Origin: Escherichia virus TH57
Sequence record: MT446422.1
Direction: 5' to 3' (one strand)
DNA length: 64,000 nt
In this document: one piece after another, positions 28,420 to 38,543 of the stretch
Layout: the number at the start of each line of letters is the position of its first letter
Numbering within the stretch: the stretch's first letter is position 1
The notes under the pieces: model-generated
The model's database searches: none
Told to the model about the DNA's origin: nothing
The model's input: only the letters and a program-made list of their open reading frames with translations
Made by a program: the position numbers and the translations under genes

Positions 28420-29379
28420 TTATAATATACGTTGACTTCCACCAGAGAGTGTTCTCCCAGAACCAGTAAACGTATTGTATAGACTTGTTAATCCAGATTG
28501 AGCACCAGACAAGCGACTCAATTTGGCAACTTCTGCGTTCAAGTTGTTATCTGAACTAATACCAGATACACCTTTAATAACCTTATCTTCCAACCATTCC
28601 AATGCTGCAGCTCTTCCCACCGCACCAGTTGACATAACGCGATAAGCAAAAGTCACATCAAATGTAGCTATCTGATTATCCCCTTCATAGCTCAATTCAG
28701 GCGCTGATACACTTACAGGAACACAACCAGTTAACATAACAACCGTATGCGGCAATCCGTTACGTGAGTGCAGGTTAACCTGAATATCAGCTTCAACGTC
28801 TTCAGGCAAAGCCCTTAGCTGGGTAACTGGGTCCTGTACAGAGTTAACCCAATCGTTAAATGCTCTGAAGTTCCCTGCCTCTGAATCCATTCTAAAGCTC
28901 AATACCAACGGAGAATATTCTCTCCCTGTTATCTTGATATTTGGCGCATTATGGTTAAGGTCCATTTCGTAGTTCAATGTGTTATCCGGAAGCTTAACAG
29001 AGTGAACTAATAGACCAGCCGTTGGATAAGCCATATTAAAGAAATCAAGCAGGTAAGTACCAACCTCAAATTCACCTAATAATGATTGCACAACACGGTT
29101 ACTCATTGCACCGATAAGATATTTGCTTATCCCTGATTTACGAATAAGCTTTTGTGTTCCGGCAGTAACAAGAGTTGTTATCCCTTGAGTTAAGTCGCCT
29201 TGCGTTAAACCAAACCAATCTGAGTTAACAGGAAGGTTGCTAAATAATGCTCCGCCAAACTGGTCCAGAAGATTCTGAGATTTGGAGGAAGGTGTGGTCG
29301 CGAAGACCACACTAAAAAGGTTATTCCTTTGTAAGTCGATATTAATCGCCTGCGTTTGGAATTCTTGTAAAGTAAACAT
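28420..29379 (-). CDS. 54: baseplate tail-tube initiator gp54
   Basis: 319 aa; extended match to T4 gp54 (NIDLQRNNLFSVVFATTPSSKSQNLLDQFGG, DIQVNLHSRNGLPHT). Confidence 0.9.
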   Translation of the reverse strand: MFTLQEFQTQAINIDLQRNNLFSVVFATTPSSKSQNLLDQFGGALFSNLPVNSDWFGLTQGDLTQGITTLVTAGTQKLIRKSGISKYLIGAMSNRVVQSLLGEFEVGTYLLDFFNMAYPTAGLLVHSVKLPDNTLNYEMDLNHNAPNIKITGREYSPLVLSFRMDSEAGNFRAFNDWVNSVQDPVTQLRALPEDVEADIQVNLHSRNGLPHTVVMLTGCVPVSVSAPELSYEGDNQIATFDVTFAYRVMSTGAVGRAAALEWLEDKVIKGVSGISSDNNLNAEVAKLSRLSGAQSGLTSLYNTFTGSGRTLSGGSQRIL

Positions 29380-30473
29380 TAGAAACCCTCCGCATATAAC
29401 GAGCCACGGTTAAGCGTAATGATTTCACGGAAAGTGATTTCAAGCACAAAAGTCGATGGTAGGTTAGGAGCAATAGCTAATCCACCGAAATGACCATCCG
29501 GCGATTTGTCAAATCGTATGCTCTGAATCTGACACGGCCCAAATAGCTCCCCACGGCCATCATACGAGCTTGTATCGCCAAAGTTGCGGATATACCAAAT
29601 GGTAGGGTTAGAGACCACCAGAACGTTCGTTAGGAAGCTTGTTATCTCTTCACCGAGCAACTTGCCGTCAAAGTTATCGATTGCTTCCTTTTTGAAGGTG
29701 GATTTATACCATGTATCGATTTTTTCTTTCAGCTCGGAAGCAAACGAACTTTTACCAGTTTCCCCATAGGAGTAATAGTTAAAAATCTCGTATATCTTCA
29801 CTATCTGGATTAAGTCCTGGGCTGAACGTGGAGTCATTTCCCATGTGTAAACTTTTGTCCTGTTATCTGGGCCAGCGTACATGCTTCTTGCCGTTGTGTA
29901 AATCTGCTCGCCGTGGTCGGCCATTACACCGTTTGTAACCGATTCGAGCGCACCGAAAACTGCAGTCGATGCGATATTACTAAGAATACCAGTAGCTGAG
30001 CCACCGCCTTTCGTAATAAGAGATTCGCCAACATCATTGAATCGATGCGATACGGATTCTACATCAGACTTCGAACGAGGCAACAGGATATTTGCAACAG
30101 CGTTCGAATCAAAACTTTTGCCACTTGAGCCTGAACCGATTAATTTCGATTTAGCAAAAGAGGTTAAACTTTTAACTGGGTTAAATGAAGCACCATTGGA
30201 AACGTTCTTTAATGAAGTCAATTGGCTTGACCGGTCTGAGCGTAATTCCGGAGATGTTCTTGAACTGAAATTGTATGCCGTGAATAACAGACCATTCTTA
30301 TAAAGGTCATTAACTCGCATATCATCTGAAGAATCATTACCGGAAGCTCGTTCTGCTGGATATTGCGCCACAATAGTAGCTTGAGTCTGGGCAGCTTTTG
30401 ACTGCCCAGCGGAGGTCTTAGAACCTCCGTTAAATAAACCCGCAATATCAATATCGAGTTCTTTTACTTTCAT
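29379..30473 (-). CDS. 48: baseplate tail-tube cap gp48
   Basis: 364 aa, same size and position as T4 gp48. Confidence 0.85.
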   Translation of the reverse strand: MKVKELDIDIAGLFNGGSKTSAGQSKAAQTQATIVAQYPAERASGNDSSDDMRVNDLYKNGLLFTAYNFSSRTSPELRSDRSSQLTSLKNVSNGASFNPVKSLTSFAKSKLIGSGSSGKSFDSNAVANILLPRSKSDVESVSHRFNDVGESLITKGGGSATGILSNIASTAVFGALESVTNGVMADHGEQIYTTARSMYAGPDNRTKVYTWEMTPRSAQDLIQIVKIYEIFNYYSYGETGKSSFASELKEKIDTWYKSTFKKEAIDNFDGKLLGEEITSFLTNVLVVSNPTIWYIRNFGDTSSYDGRGELFGPCQIQSIRFDKSPDGHFGGLAIAPNLPSTFVLEITFREIITLNRGSLYAEGF

Positions 30474-30481
30474 GTTATTCC

Positions 30482-32227
30482 TTAGTTAATTCGGGTAGCC
30501 TGTCTCATGCCAGGGGCAGGGGTTGAACTTTGAGGAGGCATATTGTATTGCGTCCTGGAAGTCTTCTGGATATTATTGACCGTGTTAATTTGGGCCTGAG
30601 CTGGTACATCCTTGTATTTATTTTCTTTGGCCTTCATGCCTTCATCGACCTTCGCGGCTTGTTGCGCATCCGGAGAAGTCTTAACATCAGGTGGTTTAAC
30701 CTTCGGCTCGTCTTTAAACTTCTCAAGAGACTTATCGAGTTTTTCCAACAGGGCGCGGATATTCAAGTCTTTCGGAGCTCCACCTTTCGCCATAGCAGGG
30801 TCAGCTAATTGTTTTTCAATGTTAGCTCTCATTTCCAGGGCATTCTTTTTATCGGTTGCGTCTGGCTTCATTAGGTTGTCGGCAGTTTGGGTCAAACGAA
30901 TAATATCAGCCTGTGCTTTGTCACGCTTCTTGAAATAGTCCAGACGTTCTTCTTCCGGAAGGTCTCTGAAGCTTGTGTCAATACCACCCGCGCGAAGCTG
31001 GTCGGCTTGTTCCTTGGTAAGGTTACCATATTTTTCGGCTTGATTAATTAGTTCAGGTTTATCCTTATACTTCTTATTCATCTTCTCTGCAGCTTCCATT
31101 GCTTCGGCCGAACGTTTGTCATGATATTTTGCTATCTTGGTTTGGTCTTCATCATCCAAAGTTGCCCCTGTATTTTGCTGATAAGACATCAAAGCCGAGG
31201 CTTCCACATTATCTGCCAGGTCACCCATTCCCGGGATTTTGCTTAAGATAGCTGAAATCAGTTTCGAAATCCCAAGCATAAGAAGTTGAGCCATGTTCTT
31301 CGTTAAGTTGACCATTCCACGAATAATAGCTTCAGCTAATCCTAACCAGTTCCTTTCACTAAACATCGCTTCAGCGTTCTTAGCCCAAGTCATTAGTCCT
31401 TCGAGCAACGGCCCCCATTCTTTGAACTTATCATTAAATTCGGCCCATCCTTTTTCGAATTGTTTCATGAAATATTGGAAGTAAACTCGTATCGCATCGA
31501 TACCGAATACCAACAACAATAATCCACCAACAAGCTTGGCTGCTTCGGCTGCTGCCGTAATTGTATATTTGAACAACATCCCGGAGATTCGGTCAGCTAC
31601 AGAAATCGATGCCTTAAATCCTTTTTCGGTTATCTTCGAAAGGGTGTCAAGCTTATCGCCAAGTGACCAGGTATTAGTCTCTTTGCCTTCTGCATCGTTT
31701 TTTGGTTGTTCTGGTTCCGGAATGAAGTCAGCGTCGGGCTTTTGTTCTTCTGGTGGTATGAGCTCTGGAACGCTCGCTGTGGGCTTATTCTCTTCAGGCT
31801 CTGGTAGTGCATCCTCTACAGGTTTAAGGCTTTCAGAACCAGCCACAGGAGACGTGACGCCTAGTTTACCACTTATCATTGCGCTGAGTTTGTCGAGCTT
31901 ATCCGAGAGAATATCCGTGAGGTTTTTAATCCCTTGTTGAGTCTTCTCTGTGGCTTCGGCCGTCAGTTCGACCCCGGCACTGATATCCTGGAGGACTCCA
32001 TTATTGGTCTGGATATTCTCGATAATCTGATTACTCTTATCCTCAATAGTTTCCGACACAAGTTCGGTGGCTGCTTGTGTATTTGTAAGAGTTGTATTCA
32101 GATTAGATAATTCATCATTCTGTTCAGCAGAGAGGGCTTCCGCCCTCCTTTGTGGTGCTAATTCTTCGATAAGCTTTTTATTCGGTCCACCGCGTCTGAA
32201 GCTCGTTTGTTCGGAGTTCTTATTCAT
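30482..32227 (-). CDS. 29: baseplate hub subunit / tail length determinator gp29
   Basis: 581 aa, tape-measure-like coiled-coil/low-complexity composition; synteny 48-29-28-27. Confidence 0.8.
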   Translation of the reverse strand: MNKNSEQTSFRRGGPNKKLIEELAPQRRAEALSAEQNDELSNLNTTLTNTQAATELVSETIEDKSNQIIENIQTNNGVLQDISAGVELTAEATEKTQQGIKNLTDILSDKLDKLSAMISGKLGVTSPVAGSESLKPVEDALPEPEENKPTASVPELIPPEEQKPDADFIPEPEQPKNDAEGKETNTWSLGDKLDTLSKITEKGFKASISVADRISGMLFKYTITAAAEAAKLVGGLLLLVFGIDAIRVYFQYFMKQFEKGWAEFNDKFKEWGPLLEGLMTWAKNAEAMFSERNWLGLAEAIIRGMVNLTKNMAQLLMLGISKLISAILSKIPGMGDLADNVEASALMSYQQNTGATLDDEDQTKIAKYHDKRSAEAMEAAEKMNKKYKDKPELINQAEKYGNLTKEQADQLRAGGIDTSFRDLPEEERLDYFKKRDKAQADIIRLTQTADNLMKPDATDKKNALEMRANIEKQLADPAMAKGGAPKDLNIRALLEKLDKSLEKFKDEPKVKPPDVKTSPDAQQAAKVDEGMKAKENKYKDVPAQAQINTVNNIQKTSRTQYNMPPQSSTPAPGMRQATRIN

Positions 32228-32738
32228 TTAGGAGTTCCATTATTTTCAGTAACCCCTTAACAGGACCATTCGGACCCGGGATTGCTAATGTGCTTGTGAT
32301 ATCGTCTGCCCACTTAGCAACAAAAGCAGGCATATCCAGAAAGTCTGGAACGTCGTCCCCGAGATAAAGAGTCTCCAGAAGATTGTCAACTGGTCCAAAT
32401 TCTTCATACGGTTTATTAGAGCGGAATTTAAATGTCTTTCCTTGATAAGAGAATTCAAGGCGCTGGCAGATATAAACATCATCCAGCTTATATGTAAACC
32501 CATTAATCTCGCGTTTGTCTTTTAGCTTACCATTAAATTCCAGGAGGTGTAAAGATACAAAGTCGGATTCAGCTGCTGTAAGATTAGGGAATATCGATTG
32601 CATAATCTTTCTTAATGCAGCGTAAGGGTTAGGCTCGTTTTTAATCAGATTGTGATGCTTAAGCCCAAGCTTAGGAACGTGAATCTCTTTATCACCCAGC
32701 TGTATTTTCTTCGTCGGCAGAATTAGTTTTAAGTTCAT
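32220..32738 (-). CDS. 28: baseplate distal hub subunit gp28
   Basis: Track ORF 32220..32780; start placed at Met 15 (MNLKLIL) to limit overlap with gene 27; synteny. Confidence 0.65.
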   Translation of the reverse strand: MNLKLILPTKKIQLGDKEIHVPKLGLKHHNLIKNEPNPYAALRKIMQSIFPNLTAAESDFVSLHLLEFNGKLKDKREINGFTYKLDDVYICQRLEFSYQGKTFKFRSNKPYEEFGPVDNLLETLYLGDDVPDFLDMPAFVAKWADDITSTLAIPGPNGPVKGLLKIMELLNE

Positions 32739-33861
32739 TTTTAACCTTCGGTGGTTCTTCAACTTCGATAGGCTTACCATTGGTAAACATATAGAGGTTT
32801 GTAATTGATGTATTGTTACTCACTTCATGAATAACTTCGTCTACGTAAAAATCATATTTGAATTGGTTTTTTGGGTCATAAAAATTTATCTTATCGCCCG
32901 GAGTTAATTCAAAGTTCCCGTATGTTTTGCAATGTGCGTAACCATCATATTGAGACATGGTTATCAATCGCTGTGCTTCCTCGAAACCATTTCGATATGT
33001 ATAATCCGAATAGCCGCCTGAACGAGATACCAGAATGCTGTTTTGTCCTTCACCAAAAGTTATTCTGGTTGCATTCTTGTCAAGGAACGAGTGCGCATAA
33101 ACGGTCGCGTTTTCATATGGTTTTCTCGTGTGCTGGTTCGCCTTTGTTAACCATTCAAAATCGAAGGCCAACGGGGTCTCGAGGTTTTGTACAAACTGCC
33201 CAACCAATCGAGGTTCACCTACCACGAAATTAATCGGCTCTTGTGTAGTTAACCATTCATAATCCTGGATACTTATGCCGTCAATATCTTGCCATACAAA
33301 TACAAATTTATCAGATTCAACAGCAAGCCCAACTTCCCTGATGAATTCCATATACTGGCTCATCGAATCGCACCATGGAACATTAGGAGCATAAACGTTT
33401 ATACCGTTTATCGGAGGGGCAAGCAAAGGTCTGTCCTGATAAATTACCCCGGTCATTTCGACTAATGTTTCTTGTACACTCGGATAAAACATGCGGCTGA
33501 ATTTCAGGTCTTCGATTTCATGAATCGGTGCCAGCTGAATTGTAATTATGTTATCACCCTTTGAATCCACGGAAACAGCAAAGTGTTTACTCCCGTATAT
33601 TCTGGATTGGGTTCGGTCTGAGTTGGCATTCTTAACGGAGACCTGTATAATTTGCTCGCCGTTCATTTTTGTATGTAAGTTCTTTGTGTCGTAGAATTGC
33701 AACAGACCTTCGTTTCTTCCGTAAAGGGAATCGCGCATAGTCATTGTTGTAAATGTTGCAGCTAGTTCTACAAAACGGTGTTCGAGCCAGGCATCATAAT
33801 CTTCGTAAAGGCGTATGCTGATATTAGGAAAGCCTTCACGCTGCATAGATTTAGCTGTCAT
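32692..33861 (-). CDS. 27: baseplate hub subunit gp27
   Basis: 389 aa; [41 protein letters not shown] match T4 gp27. Confidence 0.9.
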   Translation of the reverse strand: MTAKSMQREGFPNISIRLYEDYDAWLEHRFVELAATFTTMTMRDSLYGRNEGLLQFYDTKNLHTKMNGEQIIQVSVKNANSDRTQSRIYGSKHFAVSVDSKGDNIITIQLAPIHEIEDLKFSRMFYPSVQETLVEMTGVIYQDRPLLAPPINGINVYAPNVPWCDSMSQYMEFIREVGLAVESDKFVFVWQDIDGISIQDYEWLTTQEPINFVVGEPRLVGQFVQNLETPLAFDFEWLTKANQHTRKPYENATVYAHSFLDKNATRITFGEGQNSILVSRSGGYSDYTYRNGFEEAQRLITMSQYDGYAHCKTYGNFELTPGDKINFYDPKNQFKYDFYVDEVIHEVSNNTSITNLYMFTNGKPIEVEEPPKVKNELKTNSADEENTAG

Positions 33862-34610
33862 TTTTTCAAGTCCTTCTCAACTAACGATAAAGCAATACCT
33901 CGTTCGATAGGAATCATATGCATGATGCTATCCAGCGAATATTGATTCTTTACCAGCAAGTGGTTAATTTGGTAAAATACAAAGACTTCATCCGGGTTAA
34001 GGATAAGCTTAAAGACGTCAAGCAGGTCGGTGTATTCGGTTTTGTGTTTTTCGCAGCAACCATATGTAAATGGAATATAAACTGAATGCATTTTCTTAAG
34101 GAGCTCTTCGAGACTCTCTATATCAATTGCGTCAATAACCTGCATCTTCGTTTCTTCAGGAAGGTCTTCCCAATTGTATTTTTGTTCTGAGTCTTCGACA
34201 GTCTGGATGGTGTTTAGAACAAGCTCCGACTTATCTTTATATTCCACTTCGGGGAACTTAAATTGTATTTTTATCCCCGCGGTTTCCATTGTTGGATTTG
34301 TCAATGGGCCTTGGCTCATATTAAACAAAGTCTGCTTTGTCTTTTTACATTTTTGACATTCGAACGCTACCGGGACTTTTGTCTTACCGATAGAGGAAGT
34401 GAATACCTTCAAGAATATGTATGGCCTCCATGCTTTCGGATACTCTCCAAAATAATCTTCCAACAGTTCGTCTAATAATTGTTTTTGTTCTTCGACGGGT
34501 TTGTTGTTCATGTCGTTTCGCACAAGCAGTAAATCACGGTAATCAGCGACTGTAAACGGTTTGAAACGATGAACTCCGTCTGGCATTTCGCATCTTACGA
34601 TATTGGCCAT
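33858..34610 (-). CDS. 51: baseplate hub assembly catalyst gp51
   Basis: 250 aa; Cys-rich (CQKCKK, CCEKH); same size and position as T4 gp51. Confidence 0.8.
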   Translation of the reverse strand: MANIVRCEMPDGVHRFKPFTVADYRDLLLVRNDMNNKPVEEQKQLLDELLEDYFGEYPKAWRPYIFLKVFTSSIGKTKVPVAFECQKCKKTKQTLFNMSQGPLTNPTMETAGIKIQFKFPEVEYKDKSELVLNTIQTVEDSEQKYNWEDLPEETKMQVIDAIDIESLEELLKKMHSVYIPFTYGCCEKHKTEYTDLLDVFKLILNPDEVFVFYQINHLLVKNQYSLDSIMHMIPIERGIALSLVEKDLKK

Positions 34611-34634
34611 AGAATCCCCTTTTATCTTTATTGA

Positions 34635-34646
34635 TATTTATAAATA
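34635..34646. promoter_or_regulatory. Overlapping divergent T4 late promoters for genes 51 and 26
   Basis: TATTTATAAATA reads TATAAATA on both strands (34635-34642 minus, 34639-34646 plus). Confidence 0.5.
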
Positions 34647-34663
34647 CAGTAAAGGAGCAAATT

Positions 34664-35287
34664 ATGACTTATGAATTTATTGTCCAAATTAAAAATAAAA
34701 CTATAAATTGTAGGGCTTTTACCTTGCGCGAATACAAAGATTTGCTTCAGGCAAAATTAGAAAAGCGTATGGAACCTGCAATAATTGAACTGCTTAATAA
34801 ATGCACTGATGCTAAAGGGTTAAACAAACAGGAAGCCGAGCTGCTTCTTATTAATCTCTGGGCAAATAGCCTCGGAGCTGTTAACGTCGAGCATACATGG
34901 GTATGTGAGTGCGGAAAGGAACAAGATATTCCTGTGACTATAAGTCGTGCAAGCATCGTGGATGAGTCTGAAGTTATTCGTGATTTCGGGGCATTTAAAA
35001 TTAAATTTCGTTATCCTGGACTGTTTGAAGACGGTGATAAAGGAAAAATGATTGCTTGTTGTATTGAATATATTATCACGGAAGGCGGTGAGCGCATCGT
35101 TGTTGATGACTTAAATGAAGCCGAAATCGAGGACCTGTACAATGCAATTACCCTCGATGATATAAATGCACTAACGGAAGAACTTCTCAAGCCACAGGTC
35201 CAAATGGCTATTCCTATCTCTTGCGAGTGTGGAGCGCATTCTGTCCATGTAATTAAGGGGCTTAAAGAATTCTTTAAGTTTATGTAA
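34664..35287 (+). CDS. 26: baseplate hub subunit gp26
   Basis: Track ORF 34631..35287; start at Met 12 after SD AAAGGAG; synteny with 51 and 25. Confidence 0.75.
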   Translation: MTYEFIVQIKNKTINCRAFTLREYKDLLQAKLEKRMEPAIIELLNKCTDAKGLNKQEAELLLINLWANSLGAVNVEHTWVCECGKEQDIPVTISRASIVDESEVIRDFGAFKIKFRYPGLFEDGDKGKMIACCIEYIITEGGERIVVDDLNEAEIEDLYNAITLDDINALTEELLKPQVQMAIPISCECGAHSVHVIKGLKEFFKFM

Positions 35288-35677
35288 ATGAATATAAACA
35301 AAATGTATAGCGATGTGTCTCCTGACTTGTCAATGAGTTGGGATAAAGACGTTGCTAAAGTAACCGGTGCAAGGTCTGTTAAGAACAGTCTTCTGGGTAT
35401 AATCACCACAAGAAAAGGGTCAAGGCCTTTTATGCCTGAATTTGGATGTGATATAAGTAATCAGCTTTTTGAGAATATCACACCATTAATCACAGATACC
35501 ATTAAACGCAACATCGTCTCCGCGGTGCGGAACTTCGAACCAAGGATAAGCAATTTACAGGTTGCAGTTGTCCCTATGTATGATGATAACTCCATTATCG
35601 TAACGGTTCAGTTTAGCATTGTTGATGACCCTGACACCCTCGAACAAATCAGGATTCAGTTAAGTCAAAACGGTTAA
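35288..35677 (+). CDS. 25: baseplate wedge subunit gp25
   Basis: 129 aa; LLGIITTRKGSRPFMPEFGCD matches T4 gp25. Confidence 0.9.
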   Translation: MNINKMYSDVSPDLSMSWDKDVAKVTGARSVKNSLLGIITTRKGSRPFMPEFGCDISNQLFENITPLITDTIKRNIVSAVRNFEPRISNLQVAVVPMYDDNSIIVTVQFSIVDDPDTLEQIRIQLSQNG

Positions 35678-35702
35678 TGCTTTAATTTTATGGCTGTATA
35701 AT
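35678..35702 (+). promoter_or_regulatory. T4-type middle promoter for uvsY (MotA box TGCTTTA)
   Basis: AATGCTTTA, 12 nt, TATAAT, followed by conserved GGTTCTAGACCC; starts right after the gene 25 stop. Confidence 0.6.
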
Positions 35703-35730
35703 GGTTCTAGACCCTTACATTGGATACATT

Positions 35731-36165
35731 ATGAAAACAGAGATTGAATATAAGTTAGAAGTCTTTCAGGATGAGTTAGATGCAGATTTAAAAATTGATG
35801 GTACTCAACTTCAATATGAAACACAAAACAACGTTTTGTTGCATAGCAAATGGTTGAGATTGTATACCAACTGCAAGAAAGAAATAATGCGTCTTGAGAT
35901 TCAGAAGAAAACTGCACTGAAAAAACGGCTAGACCATTATACAGGAAGGGGTGACCCAGGGGAAGAAGTATGCATGGATGTATACGAGAAGTCAGAATTG
36001 AAAACAGTCATGGCCGCAGATTCAAACATACTGAAGATTGATACTTCAATTCAGTATTGGGCACTACTCCAGGACTTCTGTAGCGCTGCATTAGATGGTG
36101 TTAAGTCACGAAGTTTCGCACTTAAACATATGTTAGAAATAAGACAATTCGAGGCAGGCAAGTAA
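35731..36165 (+). CDS. uvsY: recombination mediator UvsY
   Basis: Start at Met 11 of track ORF 35701..36165; KKTALKKRLDHYTGRGD, VDTSIQYW, C-terminal IRQFEAGK match T4 UvsY. Confidence 0.9.
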   Translation: MKTEIEYKLEVFQDELDADLKIDGTQLQYETQNNVLLHSKWLRLYTNCKKEIMRLEIQKKTALKKRLDHYTGRGDPGEEVCMDVYEKSELKTVMAADSNILKIDTSIQYWALLQDFCSAALDGVKSRSFALKHMLEIRQFEAGK

Positions 36166-36398
36166 TGCGATATTCTATCGACGATGCGTTTAACCAAGAC
36201 GAAGAGTTCGAAGAAGAAATTAAGTATATGATGAAGGAATGGAAATTGAATCGCGCAGATATTCGTATCTGCGCTGACCACCCTTGTGGTGAAGATGTTA
36301 TCTATGTTAAAGGTAAATTTGCAGGATACATCGATGATGCGTTCTATTCTCACAATATGGGGATAGATACCGGTATGAGATACTTTAAGGAAAATTAA
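36165..36398 (+). CDS. hypothetical protein (uvsY.-1-like)
   Basis: 77-aa ORF overlapping the uvsY stop. Confidence 0.45.
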   Translation: MRYSIDDAFNQDEEFEEEIKYMMKEWKLNRADIRICADHPCGEDVIYVKGKFAGYIDDAFYSHNMGIDTGMRYFKEN

Positions 36399-36509
36399 AT
36401 GAAAAATATTAGTAAGATTCTCGACGAGATGGTTATCTCTGCAAACCGAATAACTGAAATTGTTAATGAGATGAAAGCTCGTGCTGCTATTATGAAGAGC
36501 ACTAAATAG
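36399..36509 (+). CDS. small hypothetical protein (36 aa, uvsY.-2-like)
   Basis: ATG directly after the upstream stop; below the track cutoff. Confidence 0.3.
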   Translation: MKNISKILDEMVISANRITEIVNEMKARAAIMKSTK

Positions 36510-36537
36510 ATATGTAAGTTTAACTGAGGAGACAATC

Positions 36538-36705
36538 ATGTCAGATAAGATTTGTGTTGTCTGTAAAACTCCAATCGATTCTGCATTGGTTGTGGATACA
36601 GACCAAGGTCCGGTGCATCCGGGCGCCTGTTATAATTATGTTCAGAGTTTGCCAGTTACGGAAAATACAGAAGAGCAACTGAACGAGACCCAACTTTTAA
36701 TTTAG
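36538..36705 (+). CDS. small Cys-containing hypothetical protein (55 aa)
   Basis: SD GAGGAGA; MSDKICVVCKTPID...; followed by terminator; below the track cutoff. Confidence 0.3.
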   Translation: MSDKICVVCKTPIDSALVVDTDQGPVHPGACYNYVQSLPVTENTEEQLNETQLLI

Positions 36706-36732
36706 CTAGTGTTGTTAACCATTTTTGGTTTT

Positions 36733-36760
36733 GCCCCTTCCTTTTGGTTGGGGCCTTTTT
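36733..36760 (+). terminator. Rho-independent terminator after the uvsY operon
   Basis: GCCCC ... GGGGC stem followed by CTTTTTA. Confidence 0.45.
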
Positions 36761-36762
36761 AT

Positions 36763-36990
36763 TTAGAAATCTTCGTCTTCGTCGTCGTCCATATCCTCAA
36801 GCTCGGCGCGTTTACCGGCAAGAGCATCACGAACACTGATATCATCGGAATCTTTTAGTTCAGCTTCTTTGCTGCGTTTTTTATAATAGCCTTCCAACTC
36901 CTTCAGACCGTCCATGGTCTGACAGGAACCAATCTTAGCCATAAAGCCTTCAATTGATGCTTCGTACATAATTTCTTCAAAGGATTTCAT
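36763..36990 (-). CDS. UvsW.1 small acidic protein
   Basis: 75 aa with acidic C-terminus (DMDDDEDEDF), immediately downstream of uvsW. Confidence 0.6.
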   Translation of the reverse strand: MKSFEEIMYEASIEGFMAKIGSCQTMDGLKELEGYYKKRSKEAELKDSDDISVRDALAGKRAELEDMDDDEDEDF

Positions 36991-38489
36991 TATATTTCCA
37001 CCTGTTTAATTACATAATTGAATTGTTCGTCTGCATATCGTTGTATGCGTTCAAGACCATGCTTTAGAGCAAAGTTCAAATGAACATATTTCTTTTTAGC
37101 ATTTGCTGATTTAGGTTTAACACCCATATCATCAACGATATCAAAAACGTTTGCGGTCGATTTAGATTCATGTTTTCGAAGCACACGGCCAATTGTCTGG
37201 AGTACAATTACCTTTGATTTGACCGGGTGAGCGAAAATAATATGATGAAGGTTTTTAACGGAAATCCCCGTCGAGAATACACCATATGAAGCTACAACAA
37301 TAATTCCCTTTCCATTCTCTGCCATGACCTTCAGAGCATTACGGGTTTCGGTATCAACTTCCCCGGAAACATAATACACTTTCTCATGACCAGCTTCCTT
37401 AAGCATTTCAAACATCGATTTGCCATGCTCGATATTCTTAAACATCAAAAAGACGTTTTCATCTTTTTTAGCAAGCTTGAGAGCAAGATTTGTTACCCAT
37501 TTATTTCGGCGTGTAGCTTTTGTAATTACCTTAATTTCATCCTGATAAGTTTTACCTTTCATTTTAACGGTAAATTCATCAGGATAACGAAGGAAAATAC
37601 TATTTATTTTAAGGTCAGTAACCTGACCGTCTTCCATCAATTTAGATGTTGATACTGGTTTAAAGATATCACCAAACAGACCCATATATTGCATAAGGTT
37701 GGCTTTGCCGTCACGGAGTGAGCCTGACAGACCAAATTTAAACATACAATTCGTAAGGCCTTCGATAACCGTCGAAATTGATTTACCTGTAGCCATGTGA
37801 CATTCGTCATTCATAAACTGGCCGAACTGTTCAAACCATTCTTTAGGTTGTTTTACAGCCGTCTGATAAGTCGATACATAAATCATCGCATCAGAATCGC
37901 GTTTAGTCCCGGAACGAATACCCAGACAAGCTTCACGAGGGAAAAGCCGATAATCAACAAAGTCATTAATCATCTGGTCAACAAGCGCGGTTGTAGGAAC
38001 AAGGATAAGCACCTTGCCTTCATAGTTCTCGAGATAATATCGCGCCAGAAGCGCCTGGATGAGGCTTTTACCCGCAGACGTAGGTAAGTTCAGAATCTTT
38101 CTTCTGTTGACCAGACCATCATATACGGCGTCAGATTGATACCAATGGGGCGTTATCTTAGTATTGCCTGAATAGATTTCTTTTGACTCGACCCATTTGT
38201 CGAATTCTTCGCGAGAGATTTCTTCTTTCTCGGTGATTTGTGGGTCAATCCAGAATGAATAGCCAAACTGGTCAGCGAACTTTTTAATTTGATTAACCAA
38301 ACCGTATGGTAATTTACGATTGTAATCCAGGAGGCGGATTCGTCCGTCCCAAACTCCCTGCTTGAATTTTGGATTGAAGCGATAGTTTTCAGCTTCGAAG
38401 CTGAAGTAATCACGGAGTTCGTAGAAGATTCCATCTTCACATTCAACATGCACGTGACTAAAATTTAGAAAGTTGATTTTAATATCCAT
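36990..38489 (-). CDS. uvsW: DNA/RNA helicase UvsW (SF2)
   Basis: Start at Met 14 of track ORF; Walker A LPTSAGKS, DEAH-like NDECH, helicase motif VI; synteny. Confidence 0.85.
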   Translation of the reverse strand: MDIKINFLNFSHVHVECEDGIFYELRDYFSFEAENYRFNPKFKQGVWDGRIRLLDYNRKLPYGLVNQIKKFADQFGYSFWIDPQITEKEEISREEFDKWVESKEIYSGNTKITPHWYQSDAVYDGLVNRRKILNLPTSAGKSLIQALLARYYLENYEGKVLILVPTTALVDQMINDFVDYRLFPREACLGIRSGTKRDSDAMIYVSTYQTAVKQPKEWFEQFGQFMNDECHMATGKSISTVIEGLTNCMFKFGLSGSLRDGKANLMQYMGLFGDIFKPVSTSKLMEDGQVTDLKINSIFLRYPDEFTVKMKGKTYQDEIKVITKATRRNKWVTNLALKLAKKDENVFLMFKNIEHGKSMFEMLKEAGHEKVYYVSGEVDTETRNALKVMAENGKGIIVVASYGVFSTGISVKNLHHIIFAHPVKSKVIVLQTIGRVLRKHESKSTANVFDIVDDMGVKPKSANAKKKYVHLNFALKHGLERIQRYADEQFNYVIKQVEI

Positions 38490-38517
38490 GATGATTCCAA
38501 GGTAATAAATATATCTA

Positions 38518-38525
38518 TATTTATA
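38518..38525 (-). promoter_or_regulatory. T4 late promoter (TATAAATA) for uvsW
   Basis: Minus-strand TATAAATA ~30 nt upstream of the uvsW ATG. Confidence 0.45.
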
Positions 38526-38543
38526 CACTAACCGAGGTTCATC

